From an uncultured Nitrospinota bacterium (GTDB lineage: Bacteria > Tectomicrobia > Entotheonellia > J063 > CAVPRW01), in contig CAVPRW010000017.1 of the NCBI GenBank assembly GCA_963707985.1, forward strand, positions 288,001-352,000: a DNA stretch of 64,000 bases, written 5' to 3'. The notes beneath the pieces were generated by a model. That model saw only the letters and a list, made by a program, of their open reading frames with translations, did not search any database and was not told the origin of the DNA. Made by a program: the position numbers and the translations under genes. Positions within the stretch are counted from its first letter, which is position 1. Each line of letters opens with the position of its first letter. This document shows, piece after piece, positions 21,699 through 30,697 of the stretch.

Positions 21699-22930
21699 GT
21701 AGCCGAGCCGTCGTGTGGTTTCCCGCCTCGGCCACGCCGGCCGACCTGTTGCGGCCCATCGCCGGGGTGCCCTCGTTGCTCCGCCTGCTCCTTTGTGCTC
21801 AACGGGCGGGCCTCGGTGAAATGCTGCTGCTCGGGATCAATCGCTATCCGCGCTATGTGCAGACTTCATTCGCGGGGGACTCACGGCTCACGGCACGCCT
21901 GCTCTGTCTGGACGATCAACCCTGGTCGGTACTGGTGCAGACTTGCCCCGATCTGGAGAAGGCGTGGTGGGAGGGAGACATATGGGTCTTGCCGGGCGGC
22001 GGCGTCATCGACGCAATGCTGTTGCGCAATGCCGTTCAGCAAGTGGGAACTCGCCCGCTTGCCGTCATCGATCCCGAACCCAGGATTTCCTCCACATCTG
22101 CAGTGCCTTTCTTCAGAGTTTCAGGCACCTGGTTGCAGCCGATAGTGCAAGCATCGGGAGATGTCGCGCTGTCAACGCTGCTTAGTGATGTGCTACCGCG
22201 TGGCGACAGCGATCGCGTATCAAACGGGGGGCTTGTTTGTGCGCCAGTCGTCAATGAAACGAATGGTGCGGCCGTCGAACGCGGGTTGTTCAAAGGCCTT
22301 ATGAATGTCTCAGATGGTTGGGTAGACCGCTATTTGAATCGAAAGCTCTCCCTGTGGTTCAGTCGACAATTTCTCCGCATGCCCCTAACACCTAATCAGG
22401 TCACCCTCGTCGCCTGTGCTATGGGCCTCCTAGCTGCTCTCGGGTTTGCGCACGGCAGTTGGGCCAGTGGTGTGCTGGGAGCGTTGCTACTGCAGTGGTC
22501 CGCCGTTATCGATTGCTGCGACGGTGAGGTCGCACGCCTCAAGTTCTTGGAGTCCACGAGCGGGTATTATCTCGACATCACCTGTGACAATATCGTGCAT
22601 GTGGCGGTGTTCGTCGGTATTGCCTGGTCGGGTTATCAGGAATTGGGTCAGACTCATGTTTTGCTATTGGGGGGCTTGGCCGCCTTTGGGACTTTGATGG
22701 GCTTTATCATGGTGCTGGGCACACGGCATGGCCGCGTACGGCAGGCTTCGGCAGTACTCGACCGGCTCATCGATGCCCTGGCCAATCGGGATTTCTCCCT
22801 CATTCTGGTCATCTGCGCCGTGACGGGGACGCTGCAGTGGTTTTTGTGGGCTCTGGCCATCGGTGTCAATCTGTTCTGGATCATGGTGCTGGGCTTGGCC
22901 CGACAGGCACAGCGGACCGCCCATGGGTAG
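21695..22930 (+). CDS. CDP-alcohol phosphotransferase with degenerate N-terminal nucleotidyltransferase-like domain
   Basis: DGWVDRYLNR, TPNQVT, signature DCCDGEVAR...G..LD..CD; C-terminal TMs. Confidence 0.88.
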   Translation: MSSRAVVWFPASATPADLLRPIAGVPSLLRLLLCAQRAGLGEMLLLGINRYPRYVQTSFAGDSRLTARLLCLDDQPWSVLVQTCPDLEKAWWEGDIWVLPGGGVIDAMLLRNAVQQVGTRPLAVIDPEPRISSTSAVPFFRVSGTWLQPIVQASGDVALSTLLSDVLPRGDSDRVSNGGLVCAPVVNETNGAAVERGLFKGLMNVSDGWVDRYLNRKLSLWFSRQFLRMPLTPNQVTLVACAMGLLAALGFAHGSWASGVLGALLLQWSAVIDCCDGEVARLKFLESTSGYYLDITCDNIVHVAVFVGIAWSGYQELGQTHVLLLGGLAAFGTLMGFIMVLGTRHGRVRQASAVLDRLIDALANRDFSLILVICAVTGTLQWFLWALAIGVNLFWIMVLGLARQAQRTAHG

Positions 22931-23903
22931 GCTGGCGCGTGCGCTCTTTCTGCTTCTCGGTCTCGGCCTCCTTGTCGTCCTCGCCACCCAGGTAGAACTG
23001 GCGAAGGTCAAGACCTATCTCGCGGACATGGGGTGGGCATTCCCGCTGATTTTCCTCCCGTATATCGTGGTCTACTGCTGTGATACGCTGGGCTGGCGGC
23101 TAGCGTTTGGCCCATCCGTCTCGATCCCGTTTTTCACGCTGTATCTGACGCGTGTTGGCGGCGAAGCGGTAAACAACTTGACGCCTTTTGCCTACCTGGG
23201 AGGTGAACCGGTCAAGGCGCATCTGCTGACGCGCTTTCAGATTCCTCTCATCCAAGGTATGGCCGCCTCCATCATCGCCAAGATGCTCATCAGCATCTCG
23301 CAGTTCATCTTTGTGATTCTTGGGGGTGTGTTGGCATTGTCGTATCTGGTGATACGTCCGGACCTCCTCTGGCCGCTGATCCTGCTGGTCATCGTCGTTG
23401 GGGTGCTATTAGCGGGCTTATCATATGGCCTCCGGGTCGGCCTCTTCACGACACTCATCAGGGCCCTGGACCATTGGAACGTTACCCCGTCTCGCCTGGA
23501 GCGGTGGCGCGCACAACTTCAGCAACTTGACGAGACGATCGTAGGCTTCGCACGTCGATACCCCTCGTATCTCTGCCTGTCATTAGGATTACATTTTCTG
23601 GGGTGGGCATTGGGGACGCTGGAAGTTCTGGCGATTTTTTATGCGGTCGGCATCCCCATCAGCGTGCGCGAAGCGCTAGCCATCGAGGCCCTGGCCAGCG
23701 TTGTCAAGGCGGCGGCCTTCTTTATTCCTGGCAGCCTGGGAGTACAAGACGGGGGAAATGTCCTGCTGTTGACGCTGTTTGGCTATCCCAGCAGTTTTGG
23801 ACTGACCTTTTCCTTAGTGCGTCGTCTGCGGGAACTGTTATGGATCAGTCTAGGCCTGCTGATATTGCTCCGGTATTATGGCTGGCGGTCTAGACCCGCG
23901 TGA
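22923..23903 (+). CDS. Lysylphosphatidylglycerol-synthase TM / flippase-like membrane protein (HpnL-like)
   Basis: GEAVNNLTP..GGEPVK, FFIPGSLGVQDG, RRLRELLW motifs. Confidence 0.8.
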   Translation: MGRLARALFLLLGLGLLVVLATQVELAKVKTYLADMGWAFPLIFLPYIVVYCCDTLGWRLAFGPSVSIPFFTLYLTRVGGEAVNNLTPFAYLGGEPVKAHLLTRFQIPLIQGMAASIIAKMLISISQFIFVILGGVLALSYLVIRPDLLWPLILLVIVVGVLLAGLSYGLRVGLFTTLIRALDHWNVTPSRLERWRAQLQQLDETIVGFARRYPSYLCLSLGLHFLGWALGTLEVLAIFYAVGIPISVREALAIEALASVVKAAAFFIPGSLGVQDGGNVLLLTLFGYPSSFGLTFSLVRRLRELLWISLGLLILLRYYGWRSRPA

Positions 23904-24456
23904 AGACCTGTGAGAAGCGGTGCTTGATCTCTTCTGGTGTGAGCGACACGCGTCCCAGGCCCTCGGGGGCGCGACCACTGACTTTCACCAGGAGAAATGT
24001 CAGGACCTTCGTGTCGATCGCCTCCTGAAGTGCCTGCTGCAGCGCGACAGGATCGCGCACCCGCCGTACCTGTGCGTAACCTGCAGCCTCTGCCAGTGCA
24101 GCGAGATCGACCTCCGAGCTAATGGTGGGCTGTCCTCCCGTCGACTCATATACCTCGTTATCGAGGACGACGTGAATGAGATTCGGCACTTGCACGCTTG
24201 CGATCAGCGGTAACGTCCCCAGGCTCATGAGAGCACTGCCATCCCCCTCGATGACCCAAATTCTCCAGGCTGGTGACTGCAAGGCCAGACCGAGTCCAAG
24301 CGCATTCAGCAACCCCATGGAGCCAATCATGTAAAAATTCTCCGCACGATCACAGATATTGAAGGCTTCGCGGGAGATCATCCCGGTTGTGAACAGGGCC
24401 AGGTCTCTGTCAGAGAGCGGCGCCAGCAGGTATTCGAGGGCCTCATGCCGCGTCAT
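23890..24456 (-). CDS. Phosphonopyruvate/sulfopyruvate decarboxylase beta subunit (TPP-binding)
   Basis: TGMISRE, NFYMIGSMG, EGDGSALM, DNEVYESTGGQ. Confidence 0.88.
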   Translation of the reverse strand: MTRHEALEYLLAPLSDRDLALFTTGMISREAFNICDRAENFYMIGSMGLLNALGLGLALQSPAWRIWVIEGDGSALMSLGTLPLIASVQVPNLIHVVLDNEVYESTGGQPTISSEVDLAALAEAAGYAQVRRVRDPVALQQALQEAIDTKVLTFLLVKVSGRAPEGLGRVSLTPEEIKHRFSQVFTRV

Positions 24457-24944
24457 ACGACGATCGCCGGTCGGAGCATAAGGGCTACGGGAATCAGTTG
24501 TTGTCCCATCACGGAGATGGCCCACTGCACATTCGCTTCCAAGGTGTCCGCCTCCAGGACGACATAGGGAATGCCCAGGGTGTGCAATAGATCGGGAGTT
24601 TTCTCTCCCATGATCAAATGCTCTGGAGCGTCTTTGCCCCCGTAACCACGCCAACTTACCAGCATAAGGACAGGGATACGATAAATCAAATTGAAGGATG
24701 TGAGGGGGTTGACCACGTTGCCAAGGCCTGAGTTCTGCATCAGAATGCCGCCACGACGCCCCGTCAAGTGTGCCGCACTAGCGATCCCCAGCGCAACGTC
24801 TTCACGCACGGCAGGGATATAGGTTACCGCTGGGTCTGCCAAGCCAACGTTAATGACACCTTCTAACAGAGAGCATGGCACGCCAGCGAAGAACGTCACC
24901 TGCTCACGTTTCAGAATGTCCCAAAATTCATGTGCCGTGCGCAT
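24453..24944 (-). CDS. Phosphonopyruvate/sulfopyruvate decarboxylase alpha subunit
   Basis: FFAGVPCSLL, REDVA, MQNSGLGN, WRG...DAPEH. Confidence 0.88.
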   Translation of the reverse strand: MRTAHEFWDILKREQVTFFAGVPCSLLEGVINVGLADPAVTYIPAVREDVALGIASAAHLTGRRGGILMQNSGLGNVVNPLTSFNLIYRIPVLMLVSWRGYGGKDAPEHLIMGEKTPDLLHTLGIPYVVLEADTLEANVQWAISVMGQQLIPVALMLRPAIVV

Positions 24945-25023
24945 CAGCGGATTCCTAGGACGAAGGACCAAGGACTGCGTCGTGGAAATTTCCTGCTCAG
25001 TCCTCGGTCCGCATGCCTCAGCC

Positions 25024-26700
25024 CTATTTTTTTATATACGCCCAGGCCCGTTGGTAGTCCTCGAAGGTGTCGACTTCCATCCAACCTTTATAGATGTTGA
25101 CCGCGTAGACCTCCTGGCGCTGCTCGATAAGCTCTTGGAGGAGATCGGTGAGAGAAGCTTGTTCCAGAGACGGCGCCTCGTGGAACGGCCCACCACGGTG
25201 GTTTTCCGCGATCCGGTGGTAAGTCTGACGCACCAGCTCTGTCCCGGTGGCTGAGAACATGGCCATGCCGATGAACTCGCCATGCGCATCTTCCGGGGCT
25301 TGTTGCTGGCCGATCCGGGCTACGGTGGTGTCGGCGGTGCTGGGGAGGAAGCGATAGCCCTGCTCAGGGGGATCACGCAGCAGCACGAGATCAGGCTTTG
25401 GGGCGGCTTCGCCAGGTCGCATATCCCCACGTTGATCGTACCAGGCACGATCGACCACTAACGAGATATCTTTGTCGCTTTGCAGAAGTTTTTCGAGCAC
25501 GCTGCGGTCGAACAGGATATCGCCGTACACGATCAGGCAACGGCCTCGCAGCTCGGCTTCGGCACAAAACAATGAGGCCAGGTCAAAGTTTTTTTCATAC
25601 GCCTCATTATCGTAATAGCGGATATTCGGCAGTGTGAACTTATCTTTCTGATAGCCGCGAACTACCACGATATCCTTGATATTACAAGCATTCAAGGTTT
25701 CGACCTGGCGCTCAAGGATACTCTTGCCCTTGATGTCCAGAAGCGCTTTGGGACGATCTTCAGTGAGCGGCAGCAGGCCAGGCTCGAACCCGGCGGCAAG
25801 GATGATGGCCCGCACCGCCTCAGCGCCGACAGGCAGGAACTCTTGCTCCGCTGCCTGCAATTCCGTCACCCCTACCAGATCGTAGACCTCATCGAGCGAA
25901 GCAATGTGTGGATCCAACAAGCTTGCTATGCCATCATGTCGTAGCCTCGCCAGTGTTTCCTTCATGGCGGGAATGGCGGCACGTATGGGGTGATTGGCGA
26001 AGATAACCATCTTAAATCCGGCCGCTTCCAGCGTCTGCAGCGGCGTCGAGGCGTACGTGGTCGGCACCACTACCAACGGTGTGTCACGCGACCAGCGGCG
26101 CGCAAACTCCGTGACTTCGACGGCGGTTTGAGCTTTCGAATGGATCAGAATGGCATCGGCGCCGGCATCGGCATAGGCGGTGGCACGCTGTAAGGCTTCC
26201 TCCATGCCCCAACCGGCGATGAGCGTCTCAGTACGGGCGATGACCATGAAATCAGCGGAGCGCTGGGCGCGCTTGGCGGCGCGAATTTTACCACAGTGCT
26301 CTTCGATGGACACCAGCTCACGTTGGACGCCGGAGTAGAAGCTGCAGCGTTTGGGGAAGATGTTGTCCTCGATCGAGATGGCTGCGACGCCTGCCGCCTC
26401 ATATTCAATAATCGTCCGCATGACGTTGATGGCATTACCATAGCCGTTGTCGATATCGGCGATGACGGGAAGATCGGTGGCGCGGATCATCCGCCGGATG
26501 ATCTCGAGGTTTTCCGTCATGCTGAGGACATTCGCGTCGGGCAACGCAAACTGCGCGGCAGAGATGGCGAAACCACTCGCCCAGACCGCATCAAATCCTG
26601 CCCGTTCAATCAACCGGGCACTCAAGGCATCGTGTGCCCCGACGGCGACAATGGCTCCGGTGCGACGCAATAGCTCACGCAGCTGGCGTGCTTTGTCCAT
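25024..26700 (-). CDS. pepM: PEP-mutase-like (ICL/PEPM superfamily) enzyme fused to a C-terminal nucleotidyltransferase domain
   Basis: VWASGF, PD, DIDNGYG, EDNIFPKRCS loop, IARTE, IHSK, VPTTY, IFANH; C-domain IILAAG..RPKALL..YGDILF..WMEVDT. Confidence 0.78.
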   Translation of the reverse strand: MDKARQLRELLRRTGAIVAVGAHDALSARLIERAGFDAVWASGFAISAAQFALPDANVLSMTENLEIIRRMIRATDLPVIADIDNGYGNAINVMRTIIEYEAAGVAAISIEDNIFPKRCSFYSGVQRELVSIEEHCGKIRAAKRAQRSADFMVIARTETLIAGWGMEEALQRATAYADAGADAILIHSKAQTAVEVTEFARRWSRDTPLVVVPTTYASTPLQTLEAAGFKMVIFANHPIRAAIPAMKETLARLRHDGIASLLDPHIASLDEVYDLVGVTELQAAEQEFLPVGAEAVRAIILAAGFEPGLLPLTEDRPKALLDIKGKSILERQVETLNACNIKDIVVVRGYQKDKFTLPNIRYYDNEAYEKNFDLASLFCAEAELRGRCLIVYGDILFDRSVLEKLLQSDKDISLVVDRAWYDQRGDMRPGEAAPKPDLVLLRDPPEQGYRFLPSTADTTVARIGQQQAPEDAHGEFIGMAMFSATGTELVRQTYHRIAENHRGGPFHEAPSLEQASLTDLLQELIEQRQEVYAVNIYKGWMEVDTFEDYQRAWAYIKK

Positions 26701-26854
26701 AGTTTCAGTGTCCCCTGTCTCAAGGTATCGAGAAATGTTGGAGTCTCGCTACAACCTCGACATGCACCGCAGATAGATACGGAATCATCGCGGAAGATCG
26801 ACATTCATCCCCTGTGGCAGCCTCCGCGACTGCAGGCTGTCCTCAGCGCGTTTT

Positions 26855-27898
26855 TCACGGATGAATCGCCATCTTCAAAGCCCCATGCGACTCCATGCGC
26901 TGGAATGCCATTCCCAGGTCGCCCAGGGGCAACACATCCGTGATCAATGGATCGAGCTGCAGCTGCCGCGAGGCAATAAGCCCCAGAGCGCGGCGGATGG
27001 CATTGGGGGTGTGATGAAACACACCGATCAGCTTGCGTTCTCCATAGTGCAGAGCCTTGGTTTCAAAAGTCACCGAGGTTGCAGGCTCACAGCCACCGAA
27101 GAGGATGGCTTGGCCGCCCTTGCGCGTCAGGGCCACCGCCAGCTCCCACAACTCCGGGCGTCCAACGGCCTCGATCGCCAGCTCGACGCCTTGACCGTGG
27201 GTCGTCAATTGGCGGATCAGCCCCTCATGCGCGCGCGCCGAATCAAGGTCGATGACGGCATCAGCGCCCAGCTTGCTCGCCAGTTCGAGCTTGCTGGCAC
27301 TGCGGCTGATCAGGATGACGCGGGCCCCGGCCTGCTTGCACACCTGCACGAGGAGCAAACCGATGGAACCGGCTCCGAGGATGGCGACATGATCGCCCGC
27401 GCGCAAGCGCACCGCATCGAGACCATGCAGGACGCAGGCGAGCGGCTCACAGAAAGCCGCCTCTGTATACGTCAGACGGTCAGGCAGCACCACGAGATTT
27501 TGTCGAACGATGGCCGCTGGGATCTTGATGTACTCCGCATAGGCACCGTTTAGCAAGTCGAGGTGTTCACAGAGGTTGGTCTCGCCAGCATGGCAATAAA
27601 AGCACTGATGACATGGCGCCGAGTTAGCAGCGACGACGCGCATCCCAGGTCTGAACCCTTCCACTCCAGCCCCTACCTCGGTCACCACACCAGCAAACTC
27701 GTGGCCGAACGGGGAAGGAAAGTGCTTCAACAGCACTGGATGTCCACGCTGAAAGGTCTTCAGATCGGTCCCACAGGTCAAGGCCACCTCAACTTTCACG
27801 ATGACCTCGCCCGCAGCTGCCCGTGGCACATCCACGTACTCCAGTCGCACATCCCTGGGACCATAGAACAGTGCCGCTTGCATCTTCATAGCTAACAT
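26855..27898 (-). CDS. Zinc-dependent (MDR) alcohol dehydrogenase
   Basis: CGTD, GHE, CHQCFYC..C, GAGSIG. Confidence 0.9.
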   Translation of the reverse strand: MLAMKMQAALFYGPRDVRLEYVDVPRAAAGEVIVKVEVALTCGTDLKTFQRGHPVLLKHFPSPFGHEFAGVVTEVGAGVEGFRPGMRVVAANSAPCHQCFYCHAGETNLCEHLDLLNGAYAEYIKIPAAIVRQNLVVLPDRLTYTEAAFCEPLACVLHGLDAVRLRAGDHVAILGAGSIGLLLVQVCKQAGARVILISRSASKLELASKLGADAVIDLDSARAHEGLIRQLTTHGQGVELAIEAVGRPELWELAVALTRKGGQAILFGGCEPATSVTFETKALHYGERKLIGVFHHTPNAIRRALGLIASRQLQLDPLITDVLPLGDLGMAFQRMESHGALKMAIHP

Positions 27899-27907
27899 CC
27901 TATCAGC

Positions 27908-28936
27908 TCAGGCGTACGGGTTGATGATCGCTTTCACCGCCCGGCGCGTCCGCGCCAGCTCCACCGCCTGGGGGAGTTCATCGAGTGGCAGCCGATGGGT
28001 AATGAGCCGGTCCACATTGACGGCGTGCGACGCGATCAAATGTAACGCATGGACAAGCTCTAGGGGGGACGGGGAATAACTCCCTTCGATGGTGATTTCC
28101 CGATAGTAGAGCACATTGGGGTCAATCTGAGCGGGCCGCTGCAGGGCCATATTGCCAAACAGGGTAATTATGCCTCCATCCCGCACCCACTGGCAAGCCT
28201 CCTGAACGGTTCCCCCATGTCCAGCCGTAAGCACCACCACATCACAGCCGCGCCCTTGTGTCAGGTTATGCACACGGCTGGTCACCTGCTCGCCGTCCGC
28301 CGCTGGGCAAACGGCGTCAACCCCGAGGCGTGTGGCGAACGCCAGCCGCTGCTCGTCCAGATCCAAGCCGAGTACAAGGCCACGATTGGCCTGCACGAGC
28401 TGGGCCATCAGCAGCCCCATAGGTCCCAATCCTACGATGAGAACAACGTCGGCAGGCTGCAGGTTCCAACGTCGCAGGCTGCGCAGACAACAGGCCAGCG
28501 GTTCTGTGAAACTCGCCGCCTCGAACGACACATGGTCGGGTAAGCGCAGGGTCGTCAATTTCACGTGCTCCGCGGGGACCAAGACTTCTTCCGCAAAGCC
28601 ACCCGGAGTCAGATGAGATTGTTTAAAGCTTCGACACATCGAATAATTGCCGTGGCGGCAATAATGGCAACCGTAGCAAGGGACATGGTGGGCCACAACG
28701 ACCCGATCACCCCCCTGGAAGGGGCTGACGGCAGCTCCAACTCGTACTACCTCGCCGGCAATTTCATGTCCTAAGACGGTCGGCACGGACAGCTTCTGCT
28801 GGAACAGCTTGGCCAGGTCTGAGCCACATAAGCCGCAGGCATGTACCCGCACGACCAACTCGCCGGCGGCCGGCATTGGTAGCACGAGCTCTTCGATGCG
28901 AATCATCTCTTGGCTATAGACGACGGCGGCTCGCAC
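27908..28936 (-). CDS. Zinc-dependent (MDR) alcohol dehydrogenase
   Basis: CGSD, GHE, CYGCHYC..C, GLGPMG; GTG start after GAGGGA. Confidence 0.9.
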   Translation of the reverse strand: MRAAVVYSQEMIRIEELVLPMPAAGELVVRVHACGLCGSDLAKLFQQKLSVPTVLGHEIAGEVVRVGAAVSPFQGGDRVVVAHHVPCYGCHYCRHGNYSMCRSFKQSHLTPGGFAEEVLVPAEHVKLTTLRLPDHVSFEAASFTEPLACCLRSLRRWNLQPADVVLIVGLGPMGLLMAQLVQANRGLVLGLDLDEQRLAFATRLGVDAVCPAADGEQVTSRVHNLTQGRGCDVVVLTAGHGGTVQEACQWVRDGGIITLFGNMALQRPAQIDPNVLYYREITIEGSYSPSPLELVHALHLIASHAVNVDRLITHRLPLDELPQAVELARTRRAVKAIINPYA

Positions 28937-29141
28937 TACAATTCCCTCGTGCAACTGCATTGAAGGGAACACAGACCGCGGGTCCCAGCGTGACCGTCGC
29001 TGCGCCGGTTGTGTTCGTCGTGGCCGGTACGGTCCGTTGTATTCTACTCATAGAGCGGCCAAACGCAAGTGGAAAACCCCTTGGAAGGTCCGGGTTGGTG
29101 GGGGTAATGCTGTGCCCAGGTCCTGCCCAGAGCATACTGGC

Positions 29142-29996
29142 TCAGCGCCGGACGGCAGTCCCGAGGCGGCGCATCCAGATCGACAGGGCGATCCACAGCT
29201 TGTGAGTGGTTGGCAGTGTAAAGGTGCCATCGAACACCCGATAGTGCGACGCCTCGATCCTGTCCAGGAGGCGAGAATAAATCGTTCCCATGATCTCTGC
29301 TGCGACCAGCGAGCGCCGATCTTCTTCTGCCAGCAGCAGCCGTGCATTATCAAAGTATTGCCGCGCACGACTCCCGGCAAAGCGCATGAGCTCGTTGAAA
29401 GCAGGGGTATAGGCGCCGCGTAACAGCTCCTCCTCACGATAGCCAAAACGTGCCAGTTCATCTTGGGGGAGGTATATGCGGCCACGCTCAGCGTCCCCTT
29501 TCAGGTCGCGGATGATGTTGGTGAGCTGCAAGGCCACGCCGAGGTTGACAGCGTAATCCTTGGCCTTCGGGTTGCGATAACCGAAAATCTCGATACACAT
29601 CAAGCCCACTACGCCTGCGACTCGATAGCAATACTCGTACAACTCACGAAAGGTCGGATAGCGTGCGTGCGTGAGGTCCATCTCGACGCCGGCGATGAGC
29701 TCTTCGAAGTGCTCTTTCGGAATGGGAAACTGTTGGAGGCTCAGGGCCAGGTTCACCGTGATAGGGTGCTGCGCGGTCCCCCCATAACAGCGATCAATCT
29801 CCCGTCGCCACTCCTCCAGGAGTTTCGGCTTGTCGTGCTCCGCGGCATCCCCATCGGCGACGTCATCTACTGAACGACAAAAGGCGTAGACGGCATACAG
29901 CGCTTGCCGCTTTTCCTTGGTGAGAGAAAGGAAGGCATAGTAAAAATTGGACTGGCTCTTGCGCGTCACCTGTGCACAGTAATCTGCCAAGCTCAC
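29142..29996 (-). CDS. hpnD: Presqualene diphosphate synthase (squalene/phytoene synthase family)
   Basis: SNFYYAF, YAFCRSVDDVAD, YCYRVAGVVG, QLTNIIRD, GRIYLP. Confidence 0.85.
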   Translation of the reverse strand: MSLADYCAQVTRKSQSNFYYAFLSLTKEKRQALYAVYAFCRSVDDVADGDAAEHDKPKLLEEWRREIDRCYGGTAQHPITVNLALSLQQFPIPKEHFEELIAGVEMDLTHARYPTFRELYEYCYRVAGVVGLMCIEIFGYRNPKAKDYAVNLGVALQLTNIIRDLKGDAERGRIYLPQDELARFGYREEELLRGAYTPAFNELMRFAGSRARQYFDNARLLLAEEDRRSLVAAEIMGTIYSRLLDRIEASHYRVFDGTFTLPTTHKLWIALSIWMRRLGTAVRR

Positions 29997-30010
29997 GGCA
30001 TCACTCGTCG

Positions 30011-30460
30011 CTAGGAGAGTTCCTGAGAGTCCAGGATGATGGTCACGGGCCCACGGTTGACCAAAGCCACATCCATCAGTGTTTGAAAGGCCCCGACTTC
30101 CACCGGCACCCCCTGGCGTCGCGCCTCGGCAATGAAAGCCTCGTACAAGGGCATAGCCACCTCAGGGCGCGCCGCTTCCACGAACGAGGGCCGTCGTCCC
30201 TTGCGGCAATCCGCATAGAGTGTAAATTGAGAGATCACCAACATTTGCCCGCGAACTTCCAGCACCGAGCGATTCAACTTACCGTCTGTATCATCGAAAA
30301 TACGCAGATGCACGCTCTTGCGAGCGAGTTGAATGGCATCCTCGGGGGTGTCCATCTGTCCCACCCCCAACAGCACCAGGAGACCATGGTCAATGGCCCC
30401 CACCGTTTCTCCATGTACCGCCACTGATGCTCGTGCGACCCGCTGGACTACTGCACGCAT
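30011..30460 (-). CDS. dtd: D-aminoacyl-tRNA deacylase
   Basis: [28 protein letters not shown]. Confidence 0.95.
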   Translation of the reverse strand: MRAVVQRVARASVAVHGETVGAIDHGLLVLLGVGQMDTPEDAIQLARKSVHLRIFDDTDGKLNRSVLEVRGQMLVISQFTLYADCRKGRRPSFVEAARPEVAMPLYEAFIAEARRQGVPVEVGAFQTLMDVALVNRGPVTIILDSQELS

Positions 30461-30697
30461 GGCAGCTGGACTCCTGGGAATTCCGTTGAAGGCATGGTTT
30501 AGCCATTGAAAGTGTGCACTGCTTATAGCACAGACGCCCCTTCTTTCAAAGTGGATTTTTGAGGGTGAGGACGGTCGCCGTGAGAGCTGGTGATTGCAAT
30601 TCTTACCGAAATCAGTAGACTACGTCAGACTACTTCTCAGTCGGAGACCTTGGGCCAGAGGGATGACAGCATATCGCATCACGACAGGAGCGGGGAA

